Source: Narcine bancroftii (Eukaryota). Taken from it: a stretch of 64,000 nucleotides of DNA. The DNA is taken from NCBI RefSeq assembly GCF_036971445.1, contig NC_091473.1, positions 191,642,001 to 191,706,000 of the forward strand, written 5' to 3'. The number at the start of each line of letters is the position of its first letter. The stretch's first letter is position 1. The notes beneath the pieces were generated by a model. It had not been told where the DNA came from. It made no database searches and worked only from the letters and a program-made list of their open reading frames with translations. Shown here piece by piece: positions 1 through 11,199 of this stretch. The translations under genes were made by a program, and so were the position numbers.

Positions 1-84
1 GGCGTCGGACTGCAGGGGACATCAAACATGTAAAAGGCATCACAAACTATGTCCGACTCTTATCGAGCCACAGAGTTTTACAAG

Positions 85-215
85 AATTCTCCCCGTGTCT
101 GCCTGGCTCCAGTTTCATCCCACCCTTCAAAGAAGTACCGGGAGGGGGGGGGGGTCGTCAATTGGGCGTAATGGAGCAGTACGGGCTCGTGGGGCCGAAA
201 GGACTTGTGCCTTCT
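85..215 (+). mobile_element. SINE fragment (V-SINE/HE1-like core)
   Basis: ttctccccgtgtctgcctgg...gtcaattggg...gggctcgtggg recurs at ~12185-12300, ~15790-15890 and ~52990-53090. Confidence 0.5.
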
Positions 216-247
216 AAATCTTAAATCAGGATCGAGGCAGCGCCGAC

Positions 248-282
248 CTTCCTCTGCTCGACTTATTCTCAACGTACTCCCG
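248..282 (-). CDS. Possible cytoplasmic exon 2 (REYVENKSSRG)
   Basis: Acceptor ttggcttcaatcag|CGG in phase 0. It either uses weak donor AG|gtcggc, splicing to acceptor gtcccctgcag| at position 9 and off the window edge, or reads through to TGA at 226-228. Confidence 0.35.
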
Positions 283-289
283 CTGATTG

Positions 290-575
290 AAGCCAATAGA
301 ACGGCCGCAGCAGCACAGAAGACAGGCCCTTCTAGTCAGTGCTGAACTATTTTTCGCATCCGCTCCCCTCCCCATCCATAGACCTCTCCATGTTTTCAAT
401 GCTGAAGTTGAGCCCGCATTCACTGGCTCAATTCGTTCTCTGCGTGAAGTTCCCCAAATGTACCCACCCCCCCTAAATATTTCCCCTTTCACCCTTAACC
501 TTGTCCTCTAGCCCAACCTCAGTGGGAAAAAAAGCCGACCTATATTTACTCATAGACCCATCATCGTTTTGTATA
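290..575 (-). mobile_element. CR1 LINE 3' fragment
   Basis: Similar to the CR1 3' ends at 12490-12800 and 1950-2290 (MKGEIFRG, VNAGS..ALK remnants). Confidence 0.6.
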
Positions 576-681
576 CATTAAACATGGATTTCATTTCATA
601 AATCCATGCTGACTTCATTTTATATCCGACCCCAAACACCTTATCCGCGAATAACATAACGGGTTCATTTATAGTGCTTAC

Positions 682-725
682 CTGAGCTGCCCTGTCATGG
701 CCCATATCCTTTTGACGACTGGCCC
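682..725 (-). CDS. Probable cytoplasmic exon 1 of the VJ-C1 receptor
   Basis: Acceptor ctcttatatctag|GG, strong donor CAG|gtaagc, 44 nt, phase 1 to 0, compatible with the TM exon. Encodes (G)ASRQKDMGHDRAAQ in non-repeat sequence. Confidence 0.6.
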
Positions 726-879
726 CTAGATATAAGAGCACGAATTGAAGACATTAGTTGGTCCTACCAATAATAATAATTAGTAGGTCATTAGATTCCC
801 AAAATCACCACTCACACATTATAGTAATGTTCCATGTCAATAGTTTCCAACAATTTTACTCTAACCGATGGTCTATTGG

Positions 880-1320
880 CTATACCTCATGAGGAGATTG
901 GGTCTGTCACCAAACGCATATTCCTCCAGGTGGGGAGCATTCTGAACGGTTGCATCACTGTCTGGTGCCAGTGCCCAGGGCAGGAAAAGACTACAAAGAG
1001 TTGAGAACCCAGCCAGCTCTATCACGGGCACCAGTCTTCGCTCCATCGAGGACACCTAAAAGAGGCGGTGTCTCAAGAAAGCAGCCTCTATCCTCAAGGA
1101 TCCCCCCCCCCACACCCCCGACACCACCCAGGCCCTCTTCACATCACCACCTTACACCCCGGTACCTTCTTTCAGGATTTCTGCGTTTTTACCCATCAGA
1201 TTTGTTAACCACAGACACCAGCTATTTTTTCTCCTTATTTTTTAAAACATGATTTAAACCTGTCTCAAATAACGAATTTCGTGACACATGTTCATGACAA
1301 TAAAATTTGATTCTGGTTTC
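880..1320 (+). mobile_element. Rex1/Babar-type LINE 3' fragment
   Basis: Degenerate copy of the family at 61685-62310 (ggagcattctgaacggttgcatcactgtctgg, CLKKAASILKDP remnant, catgacaataaa..ttctg tail). Confidence 0.6.
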
Positions 1321-1574
1321 TCAAATGCTTTCCCCAATGCCAATTAATCTCTAATTACTTTACACTTCAGCAGAAGCCACATTTCCACCTATACCCTTCA
1401 ATCCAAGATTGACCAGCAAGGGCTTTTCTCTATAGAGTGACGAAGAGTGAAGATTGCCTTAAAAGTGGTGCATAAGAAAGGCCTTGATAGGGTGGGCAGC
1501 CAGTATCTGTTCCCCCAGCGTGACAACAGCAAAGAGCCGGAAGAGATCTGTTTAGGTGAGTGCATGGACCTTTA

Positions 1575-2290
1575 GGGGAGATGTCAGACGACATAAACAG
1601 GATGCAGAGTTGGGCAGAAAAGTTGAAGATGGAGTTCACTCCGGATAAGTGTGAGGTGATACATTTTGGAAGGTCATACCAGAAGGCTGAGTGTGGAGGA
1701 ACAGAGGAACCCCACATCTCTCAAGGTGGCCACTCAGGTTGATCGGACAGTTAAGAAGGCCTATGGGACATTGGGCTTCATTAGTCAGGGGATTGAGTTC
1801 AAGAGTTGAGAGGTCATGTTGCAGCTCGGCAAATCTCTGGTGAGACCCCACTTGGAGTAATGCGTTCAGATTGGAAAATAACTCTTGTGAGGCAAGACTA
1901 TCAGAGCTGGGACTTTTTAGAGCATAGAAGGACGAGAGGAGGCTTAATAGAGGTCTATAAGATTCTGAGAGACATGGACAAGGTGGACAGCCAGCGTCTT
2001 TTTCCCAGAGCGGAATAGCAAACACCAGAGGACGTGTACAAAGTGAAGGGATGGAAGTTTAAGGGAGACATTGGGGTGTATTTTTTAAAACAGAGAGTTT
2101 GGGGGCCTGGAATGCATTGCCAGGGGTAGTGGTGGACGCTGGAACATTAGGGGCATTTCAGAGACTCTTGAGACAAGTGGATGAAAGAATATAGAGGGTT
2201 ACTAAGGGCCTAGCATTTTTTATAGTAGGAATATACAGATTGGTACGACATCGAGGTCTGAAGGGCCTGAACTGAGTTCTATCTATTTAG
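1575..2290 (+). mobile_element. CR1 LINE 3' fragment
   Basis: DINRMQSWAEKLKMEFTPDKCEVIHFGR and RGGLIEVYKILRDMDKVDSQRLFP. Confidence 0.85.
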
Positions 2291-2622
2291 GTGAGGAGAT
2301 GAGATGTCAGATGTTTTTTTCGAATACAGGCGCCGACGGTGGTGGTTATAGCTGATACAATAGGGGGCATTTAACAGTCTCTCGGAGGAGCACATGGATG
2401 CAAGAAAAATAGAGGGCTATGAGCATGGGGTTGGGAAGGGTTAGATTGTCGCGGACGAGGTCTACAAAGGTCGGGCCGAAAGGGCTGTAAATTTCCCCTG
2501 TCGTCGAACACGATCCGCAAAACTCCCATTTCGCCTCCTCGGGTGCAGTCGGTAGCCTGGAGAATGGGGCCTCGACAACGGCTCGCCGTTCATGCAAGAC
2601 GAAAGTGACCCTCCTGCCTCAC

Positions 2623-2712
2623 CTGTTCGGCAGCTCTTATGGACCAGGACAGCACTGAGGACGAGCAAGCAAGCGAGGATCCCCGAGGTGCATGCCACTG
2701 CAGGACACCAGT
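2623..2712 (-). CDS. Transmembrane exon of the VJ-C1 receptor
   Basis: Acceptor ttctatgtttctccag|AC, donor G|gtgagg, 90 nt, phase 1-1. Encodes DWCPAVACTSGILACLLVLSAVLVHKSCRT: hydrophobic span with no charged residue, then a basic stop-transfer segment. Confidence 0.82.
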
Positions 2713-2759
2713 CTGGAGAAACATAGAAATCCATGAGACCGTGAACTTGCTTCTGGGAT

Positions 2760-3200
2760 GCCTGTTTGACTGGTATTAAGAATAATTGACGAGGACGGGG
2801 ACTATTTCTAAACAGTCGAGTGCTGCAGGCCAGGAGTACATGGTTGGAGCACATACAACCCTGAGATTCCCTTTCCCGGGGGCGCGTTGGAATTACTATG
2901 AATTGGTAGCGCGTCAACCAACTGACCGCGCCCTACAGAGAACAAAAATCTATAAAGTGCAGAAACAAATGAGTCCCTGATTGAGTCTGTCCGACGGTGG
3001 AGGGGCAGCAGCTGGTCCCTGAACCTGGTGGGTGCGAGTCTTGGGGCACCGACACCTCTTTCCTGACGGCAGCAGTGAGAACAGAGCTGGGTGGATCCTT
3101 GCTCTCCGATGTTCTCGATGGTGGGGAGGGTTTTTCTGTTATTGTCCTGGGGTTTAGGCTCATGGAATATTGGTGCCCCCCCACCCACCCAATACCAGAC
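2760..3200 (-). mobile_element. Rex1/Babar-type LINE fragment
   Basis: LPTIENI...RFRDQLLP remnant matching the other copies. Confidence 0.5.
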
Positions 3201-3829
3201 CCGGTCAGAACGATACCATCCGTGGGAATGCGTTATCACAAAAGCATGGCAACGTTTTAACCGAACAAAGAACAGAAGCAACGTTTTCTGCTCGCCTGGC
3301 GGGTTCTTTTCAATGAACGTCTCAATCGGTTCCTTTCGTATCTTTTCTTCCTATCCCGGTTTCCCCCTCCCAATATCTGCTGGCGAGAGAAAGCTCAGAA
3401 CCCGAATGGCGCTTAAACATCACTGGGTCTAAATCCTGCAAACCTCCTTCCAACAGCGCATCTTTCCCAGCGGCCGATCGTTTGTCATTCTGCACCCCAC
3501 TCCCGCGATGACAGAAAGGTCTGCCCGGGGTTCCGTCGGGGCTCTCTCCAACCGGGATAGCATTGGCAGCGAAATCCCCAGATTCTGCTAGATCTCTCCC
3601 TATCTCTCCGCCTTCTTTCTTCCAGCTGTCCTCCGCCCCCCTTCTCTCTCCATTCACAGAGCCGCCACCCTCCCCCCGTTTTCTCGTACTCTCCCTCCCT
3701 TATCCACCTATATTTTGCGACCGTGCTCCTCCCCTCCCCGTCCCTCGCTCCCTCCCCACCAGCCTGTCTACATTTTGTTCACACCCTGATGAACGGCTCA
3801 AGCCCAAAACGTTGGTTTTGCATCGTTAC

Positions 3830-4712
3830 CTTTATAACCATATAACAATTTATAGCACGGAAACAGGCCATCTCGGCCCTTCAAGTCCGCGCGGATATAC
3901 GTGAAACTTCAACTAGTTCCACCTACCCACGCCCATGCCCATAACCCTCCAACCCCCTCACATCCATGCACTCATCCAACCTCCTCTTAAATGACAGAAT
4001 TGACCCTGCCCCAACCACTCATTCCACTCAGCCACCGCTCTCTGAGTGAAGAAGCTTCCTCTTATATTCCTCCTAAAGTTTTGCCCCCTAATCCTTAACT
4101 TATGACCCCTTTTTCCAATCTCCCGCACCCTCAGGGGAAAGAGCCTATTCACATCTACTCTATTTATTCCCTTCATAATTTTAAATACCTCTATCAAATC
4201 CCCCCTCAACCTTTTATGCTTCAACGAATAAAAACCCAGTCTACCTCTGTATTCAAGATACTGCAATCCAAGCAACATTTTAGTAAATCTTCTCTGCACC
4301 CTCTCCACCTTATTTATATCCTTCCTATAATTTGGGGACCAGAACTGCACACAATACTCCAAATTTGGCCTCACCAAAGCCTTAAACAGTCTCAACATCA
4401 CCTCCCAGCTCCTATATTCTATGCTATGATTTATTAAGGCCAGCATACCCAAAGCCTTCTTCACCACCCAATCTACATGGGAATCCACCTTCAAGGACCG
4501 CTGAACCGTTATTCCAAGATCCCTCTGTTCCTCAGCATTCGTCAACACCCTCCCCTTCACTGCATACGTCCTAATTTGGTTATTCTTCCCAAAATGAGGC
4601 ACCTCACACTTGTCTACATTAAACTCCATCTGCCACTTTTCCAAACAGTCCAAATCCTTCTGCAGTCCACGAAAACCCTCCTCACTATTCACAACTCCCC
4701 CTATTTTTGTAT
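3830..4712 (-). mobile_element. CR1 LINE, 5'-truncated, in the C1-TM intron
   Basis: ORF 3958-4692 (LQKDLDCLEKWQMEFNVDKCEV, LVRPNLEYCVQFWSP, RGDLIEVFKI) plus CR1 3' UTR and tail. Confidence 0.92.
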
Positions 4713-4865
4713 CGTCTCATATGAAGTGCCCGGTTTGACCTGCTGAGTTTCCACACACACACACTACATCGACCTAAAGAGGTTCAGTCACAATTTATTG
4801 AAGGGCGTTTTGGATCGGAGACATTTCGAACACAGCGGAAGCTTATCCTCAGCACAGCCCCTCAC

Positions 4866-5186
4866 CTTGGTGTGTCTCAGCGACGCGTCGAGTCACATTC
4901 TCGGATCGCTGCTTGCCGGAGCCTCCGAACTGGGCAATACATGTGCACACTCCGCCGTTCCTCCAGGTTTCCAGGGGCACCAGCACTTGGCTTCTAACGG
5001 TGTATTTCTCGTCCGAGTCCACCGTGCTGGAATCGCTCGGACCTTTGGTCATCTGCCCCGAGATGTTCCAGTAAATAACCATCTGGGTCGAGGTCAGGCC
5101 GCTGACCTGACACACCAAGGGAACAGACCCGTTCGTCTCAGACGGCGGGGCGAACACCAACAGGCTGGTCATGTTGGAAGAGCTGT
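4866..5186 (-). CDS. C1-set Ig constant domain exon
   Basis: Acceptor cttcttctgttcag|AC, donor G|gtgagg, 321 nt, phase 1-1. Motifs LLVFAPP, LVCQVSGL, VIYW, DEKYTVRSQVLVP, TWRNGGVCTC resemble Ig/TCR C1 domains. N-glycosylation sequons NMT, NGS, NIS, NVT. Confidence 0.92.
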
Positions 5187-5740
5187 CTGAACAGAAGAAG
5201 AGGAGGAGGCCATTCGCCCCGTCGGCTCATCCCCACCTCCCTGCCTTTTCCCCATATGTAAAAATCTAGATATGTTTTAAATATATTTACGGAGGTCGCC
5301 TTCATTGGGCAGTGACTTCCACATGTAAGGGGCGAGCTGATGACAATCAGCTGGTGACCCAACTCCCCGCGCCTGACAGCCACCCTCCCAGCTGACCCTG
5401 CCCCCCTCCCCGACCTGCGCAGGCCTACAGGGCGGGGATTCACTTCTGGATTCACCCCCTCCCCACCCTCTGGGAAAAGCAGTTCCTCCTCGAATTTGTC
5501 GAGGCTTTCGCGCGGTTGTGGGCGCAGCGCCCGCGGTTGGATCCCCATGTCCTGAGCGGGGAGGGGGGGGGGGTCCCGGTTTCTCCCATCCCCGATCAAA
5601 AGTGGTGATGTAGGTGAATCGGATGCAATTTGGGGAGAAAGGGTCTGTGGCCGTGCTGCATGTCTGAAAAAAGACCTATGTTGAGAGATAGGGACATCTT
5701 CACCGATTTGCGTATTATGCGACCGCTCGCCTTCTCTTAC

Positions 5741-6073
5741 CTCCAACCAAAAGCGTGGAGCCTTTCCCAAGCGCTGGACCGAATCCCAGTGCTTTGCAGA
5801 AGTAGGTACCCGAGTCCTCCGTCTGGGCGTCTCGGATTTCCAGAATCAACATGTGATCGCTGGAGCCTTTGGTGCAATTTATCCTCCAACCCGGCTGATG
5901 ACAGACCCCGGTCTCGATGGGAGCCAGGGCTTCGTTCACACGCTGTTTGAACCAGAGACCCGAGCTCGCTAATACCACGCGATCCTCTGAGATGCAGGTC
6001 AGTTTAACCGTCTGACCCACATCAGCGGTCACCACATCCAGACCGGCGGAACCAAACGGTGCGGGCACGGGAT
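5741..6073 (-). CDS. V-set Ig domain with J-like G strand encoded in one exon (germline-joined VJ)
   Basis: Acceptor tacttttcag|AT, donor G|gtaag, 333 nt, phase 1-1. Protein has GQTVKLTC, GLWFKQ, LEIRDAQTEDSGTYFC, then KALGFGPA and LGKGSTLLV (F/W-G-x-G-T-x-L-x-V type J motif). No intron or RSS between V and J. Confidence 0.93.
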
Positions 6074-6199
6074 CTGAAAAGTACATGGAAATTATTTATT
6101 TAGAGAGATCGCACGAACTGCGACTGACAGACGTGGCCTCTATTAAGAAATGGCCTCACCATTGTAGCTTGTACTCGTCTAAGATATCTGTAACCCCAC

Positions 6200-6640
6200 A
6201 CCCCGAGAAAGATCAGAATTACAACTTCTGGTCACGAAATTCGTCGTTCTGCGGCGGTATCGCCCTGCAAATATTGCTGTGAATTTATATTTCAAAACTA
6301 AATAAACAGGGCAAGAAAGTTGGAGAGAGTGTCTGGAGTTCATTGTCCGATGGCGGAGGGGTTGAAGCTGCCCTTGGGCCGCTGAGTGTTCCAGCAGTGC
6401 GAAGAGGGCATGGCCTGGGTGGTGGTGGTGGGTGGGTGGGGTGGGGGGCTCGGGAGTCCATGAGGGTCGAGGCTGCTTTCTTGAGACATCGCCCCTTGTA
6501 GATGTCCTAGAAGGAGTGAGGACTGGCCGAGTTCGCAAGTCTCTGTGGAATTTTCCGGGCCTGGGCATTGACACCCTCCACACCAGACACTGATGTAACC
6601 CAGTCAGAATGCTCCCTCCAGTAGAAATTTTCGAGAGTGT
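6200..6640 (-). mobile_element. Rex1/Babar-type LINE fragment in the leader-V intron
   Basis: HHPGHALFALL remnant, ggctgctttcttgagaca motif, atcagaatt tail. Confidence 0.6.
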
Positions 6641-6834
6641 CTTGTAGTCTTGTATCGACTTACGGGCGGGGCTGAGGGGGTCGTGTTGCGGCGAGGCAGG
6701 CGTTAATTATCCGTCCTTAAACGGGCTCTTTAAACGAAGGATTCTCCCCACATGCTGTTATGATCCTGTTGCCTCAGACGCACATCTCCAAAAAAATCTC
6801 AGGAGAAACCGGTAGATTTAGGATCAAAAGTAAC

Positions 6835-7020
6835 AGGAAAGTCTGCAGACTTGGAGAAAAAAAAACACGAGGCTGCAGAAACTCAGCAGGTCAAACAGTG
6901 TCCTTCATGTAGCAAAGATAAAGATACAGAACCAACGTTTCGGGCTTGAGCCCTTCGTCCTGAAACGTTGATAATGTACCTTTATATTTTCCGGATAAAA
7001 TTCACCTGCTGAGTTTCTCC
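6835..7020 (-). mobile_element. Penelope-like terminal repeat fragment
   Basis: aactcagcagg..aacgtttcgggcttgagcccttc..cctgaaacgttg..cctgctgagtttctcc; related pieces at 3600-3830, 50690-51240, 51440-51690, 55970-56230, 60780-60890. Confidence 0.55.
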
Positions 7021-7190
7021 CGCGCCCGGTTTTTTTTTCTAGATTATGAATGAGGTTTATTTAATTAACTGGTTATTATTTCTCCGTTTACATGGGGAGC
7101 TCAATCCGGACCACCCGTCTCGGCTCCTCGTTTGATCACCGAGCTTAAGCGCGATTATTTCGGATCTAAAAGTTCCCAAACCCGACTCAC

Positions 7191-7245
7191 CGCTCGCCCG
7201 GAGCATTTGGACAGTGAAGACGAGAGACAAAGCCGCGACCGACAT
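7191..7245 (-). CDS. Leader (signal peptide) exon of a non-rearranging VJ-C1 antigen-receptor-like gene
   Basis: ATG at 7245 gives hydrophobic MSVAALSLVFTVQMLRAS, then G|gtgagt consensus donor. 55 nt, phase 1, matching the V exon acceptor; Ig/TCR-style split leader. Confidence 0.85.
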
Positions 7246-7400
7246 CGAGGTCTCGGGTTCTCGGTCTCCGGCGGGAGGAGGGGGAGTGATCGGCCGAATT
7301 CAGCCCCGGCGGCGAGTCTCCGAGGCGGGGCCGCTGGAACCCACGCCTTTGTGCGGGTTACGACATATTCTCCACCCTCCCCAGGTGAGGATGTCAGGGA
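7246..7400 (-). promoter_or_regulatory. CpG-rich putative promoter of the VJ-C1 gene
   Basis: Immediately upstream of the leader ATG; dense CpG, GGCGGG boxes near 7270 and 7324, no TATA box seen. Confidence 0.45.
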
Positions 7401-8189
7401 GACACGGGATCAGATGCGGGCAAGTCCACCCCTCACCACTATTCGGGGCCCCCAAGCAGGGGTCGTCCGCTGTTCCCCTTTGTTGTCTCCTCGACATCGG
7501 ACATATACTGGGAGATCGCTTCATTGGGCATCCCTGCTCGGTCTTCCGCGATAAAGACCTTCTCAACTATCCTCTCAATCGACGCAACAATCTTGAGAGA
7601 TCTGTGGATTTGGACCCCCCCCCCCCCATACCACCACCAAAGTCCCTTTGCCCCAAGCCTTAACCGTGTATTCTGCCTTCCGAAATGCATCACCTCACAC
7701 TTATCCGGATTGAACTCCACATTGCCCCTCTTCCGCCCAACTCTCCATCCTGTCTAAACCCTGTTGTCACCTTCAGCACGACACTTCCGACCATCGTATC
7801 AACAACTACTGGCCCACCCCTCTTCGCCCAGGGTTCACAAAGAGTAGGGGTCCCAGAACAGATCCCCGGTGGAACTCCACTGACCCCCAAGCAGAATACT
7901 TCTCTTCCAAGCCAATTGGGAATCCAGGGTTCTGGATCTTATGACTTTCTGAACGAATGTATCATTGTGGGGGGGGGGGGGGGGGGGGAACTCTTGTCTT
8001 ATAGGCCACACCTACAGCCCAACTTTTGAGGGCTTGCAAAATCTTTGAGGACCCCCTTCCACCCCGCACATGGCATCTTTCAGCTGTTCCCTAGGGGGAA
8101 GGGATCCAGGACCACCAGGATGAGGAACAACTTCTTCCCACAGGCAGTGAGAAGCTGATCGACCTGATCATATCAGACTCTACTGTTAC

Positions 8190-11100
8190 TTACATAGAAA
8201 ATAGGTGTAGGAGGAGGCCATTTGGCCCTTCAAGCCTACACTGCCATTCATTTTGATCATGGCTGAGTACCCTGTTCCAGCTCTCTCTCCATACCCCCTG
8301 ATTCCCCCTAGTCACAAGTACTAAATCTAACTCTCTCTTAAATATAGCTATGGAACTGGCCTCAATCACTTCCTGTGGCAGAGAATTCCATAAATTCACC
8401 ACCCTCTGAGTGAAAAAATTCTTCCTCATCTCTGTCCTAAAGGACTTCCCCTTTATCCTTAAACTGTGACCCCTGGTTCTAGACTTGCTCAACATTGGGA
8501 ACAATCTTCCTGCATCTAGCCTGTCAAATCCCTTAAGAATTTTGAACGTTTCTATTAAATCTCCTCTTAATCATCGAAACTCCAGCGAGTACAAGCCCAG
8601 TCGTTCTAGCCTTTCTTCATATGCAAGTCCCGCCATCCCTGGTATCAATCTGGTCAACCTTTTCTGCACTCTCTTCATGGCAATGATGTCCTTCCTCAGA
8701 TAAGGAGACCAAAACTGAACACAATACTCCTGGTGAGGTCTCACCAAGGCCCTATACAACTGCATCAATACCTCTCTGCTCCTGTACCCGAATCCTCTTG
8801 ATATGAATGCCAACATACCATTCGTCTTTTTTACTGCTTGCTGCACCTGCCTGCCCACTGTTAATGACTGATGACACCCAGGTCTCTTTGCATCTCCCCT
8901 TTTCCTAATTGGACACCATTAAGATAGTACTCAGGCCTCCCATTCTTTCCCCAAAGTGGATAACCACACACTTATCCACATTATATTACATCTGCCATGC
9001 ATTTGCCCATTCACCCAACCTGTCCAAGTCACCCTGCACACTCTTAACAGCCTCTACACAGCTCAATGCCACCCAGCTTCGTGTCATCTGCAAACTTGGA
9101 AGTGCTGTTTTCTATTTCCTCATCTAAATCATTAATATATATCATAAATAACTGGGGTCCCAGCACTGAGCCTTGTGGTCTTTGGCTTGGCTTCGCGGAT
9201 GAAGATTTATGGAGGGGTAATGTCCACATCAGCTGCAGGCTCGTTTGTGGCTGACAAGTCCGATGCGGGACAGGCAGACACGGTTGCAGCGGTTGCAGGG
9301 GAAAATTGGTTGGTTGGGGTTGGGTGTTGGGTTTTTCCTCCTTTGTCTTTTGTCAGTGAGGTGGGCTCTGCGGTCTTCTTCAAAGGAGGTTGCTGCCCAC
9401 CGAACTGTGAGGCGCCAAGATGCATGGTTTGAGGCGAGATCAGCCCACTGGCAGTGGTCAATGTGGCAAGCACCAAGAGATTTCTTTAGGCAGTCCTTGT
9501 ACCTCTTCTTTGGTGCACCTCTGTCACGGTGGCCAGTGGAGAGCTCGCCATATAACACGATCTTGGGAAGGCGATGGACTTCCATTCTGGAGACGTGACC
9601 TGCCCAGCGCAGTTGGATCTTCAGCAGCGTGGATTCGATGCTGTCGGTCTCTGCCATCTCGAGTACTTCGATGTTAGGGATGAAGTTGCCCCAATGAATG
9701 TTGAGGATGGAGCGGAAACAATGCTGGTGGAAGCGTTCTAGGAGCCGTAGGTGATGCCGGTAGAGGACCCACGATTCGGAGCCAAACAGGAGTGTGGGCA
9801 TGACAATGGCTCTGTATACGCTAATCTTTGTGAGGTTTTTCAGTTGGTAGTTTTTCCAGACTCTTTTGTCTGTTGTCTATCTCGTTGACGATCCTTGCAT
9901 CCGATGAAATGGTGCAGCCGAGATAGGTAAACTGGTTGACCGTTTTGAGTTTTGTGTGTCCGATGGAGATGTGGGAGGGGTGGGGGCTGGTAGTCTGGTG
10001 GGGAGCTGGCTGATGGAGGACCTCAGTTTTCTTCAGGCTGACTTCCAGGCCAAACATTTTGGCAGTTTCCACAAAACAGGACATCAAGCACTGAAGAGCT
10101 GGCTCTGAATGGGCAACTAAAGCGGCATCGTCTGCAAAGAGTAGTTCATGGACAAGTTGCTCTTGTGTCTTGGTGTGAGCTTGCAGGCGCCTCAGATTGA
10201 AGAGACTGCCATCCGTGCGGTACCGGATGTAAACAGCATCTTCATTGTTGAGGTCTTTCACGGCTTGTTTCAGCATCATGCTGAAGCCTTGTGGTACCCC
10301 ACTAGTAACTGACTGCCATTCCAAAAAGTACCCGTTTATTCCTACTCTTTGCTTCATATCTGTCAACCAATTCTGTATCCACCTCAATACCGTATCCCCT
10401 ATACCATGTGCCTTAAGTTTGTATAGTAATCTCCTGTGTGGGACCTTATCAAAAGCCTTCTGAAAATCCAGGTAAACCACATCTTCTGGTTCTTCTCTAT
10501 CCACTCTACTCGTTACATCCTCAAAAAATTCAATAAGATTAGTCAGACACGGTTTTCCCTTTATAAAACCATGCTGCTCTGACCAATGAATTCACTATTT
10601 TCCAGATGTGCCGCAATCACATCTTTAATAACTGACTCTAACATTTTCCCCACTAACCGGTCTATAATTCCCTGATTTCTCTTTCCCTCCCTTTTTAAAA
10701 AGTGGAGTCACATTAGCCACCCTCCAGTCCTCAGGAACTACTCCAAAATCTAGAGTTTGGAGACCATCTGGCCCTGGGGACTTGTCTGCCTTTCATCCCT
10801 TCAATTTATCCAACACAACCTCATAACTTACACTTATTTTCCCCAGTCCTTCCGTCACATTAGCCCCATGGTCCTCTATTATTTCCTGAAGACTATTCAT
10901 ATTTTCCTTAGTGAAGACCGAACTAAAGTAGTTATTTAATTGGTCTGCCATGTCCTTGTTCCCCATGACCAATTCACCTGTTTCTGACTGCAAGGGACCC
11001 ACATTTGTCTTTACTAGTCTCTTTCTCTTTCCATATCTATAAAAACTTTTGCAGTTATTTTTTATGATCCCTGCCAACTTTCTCTCATAACCTCTTGCCT

Positions 11101-11190
11101 TTCCTAATTAATCCCTTTGTCTTCCTCTGTAGAACTCTGAATTTCTCCCAATCCTCTGGTATTCTGTCTTTCCTGGCTAGTCTTTACACT
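8190..11190 (-). mobile_element. CR1 LINE (RT and 3' end) interrupted by an RTE insertion
   Basis: [82 protein letters not shown] in collinear order. Confidence 0.93.
9180..10284 (-). mobile_element. RTE-clade LINE (BovB/AviRTE-like), 5'-truncated, 11-bp TSD
   Basis: YRTDGSLFNLRRL, ELLFADDAAL, LLFGSESW, QLRWAGHVSRM..RLPK.VLYGEL, C-terminal CxxC..H zinc finger. TSD AGCCTTGTGGT at 9169-9179 and 10285-10295. Confidence 0.93.
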
Positions 11191-11199
11191 TGATACACC

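Noticed and set aside
5785-5792. CACTGGG in the CDR3 region as a cryptic RSS heptamer
   Set aside because: Two mismatches to CACAGTG and no nonamer at 12 or 23 bp.
4866-6073. Calling the Ig exons a conventional Ig light chain or TCR locus
   Set aside because: Single V already joined to J, no RSS or segment arrays in the window, and an uncharged TM with extra cytoplasmic exons.
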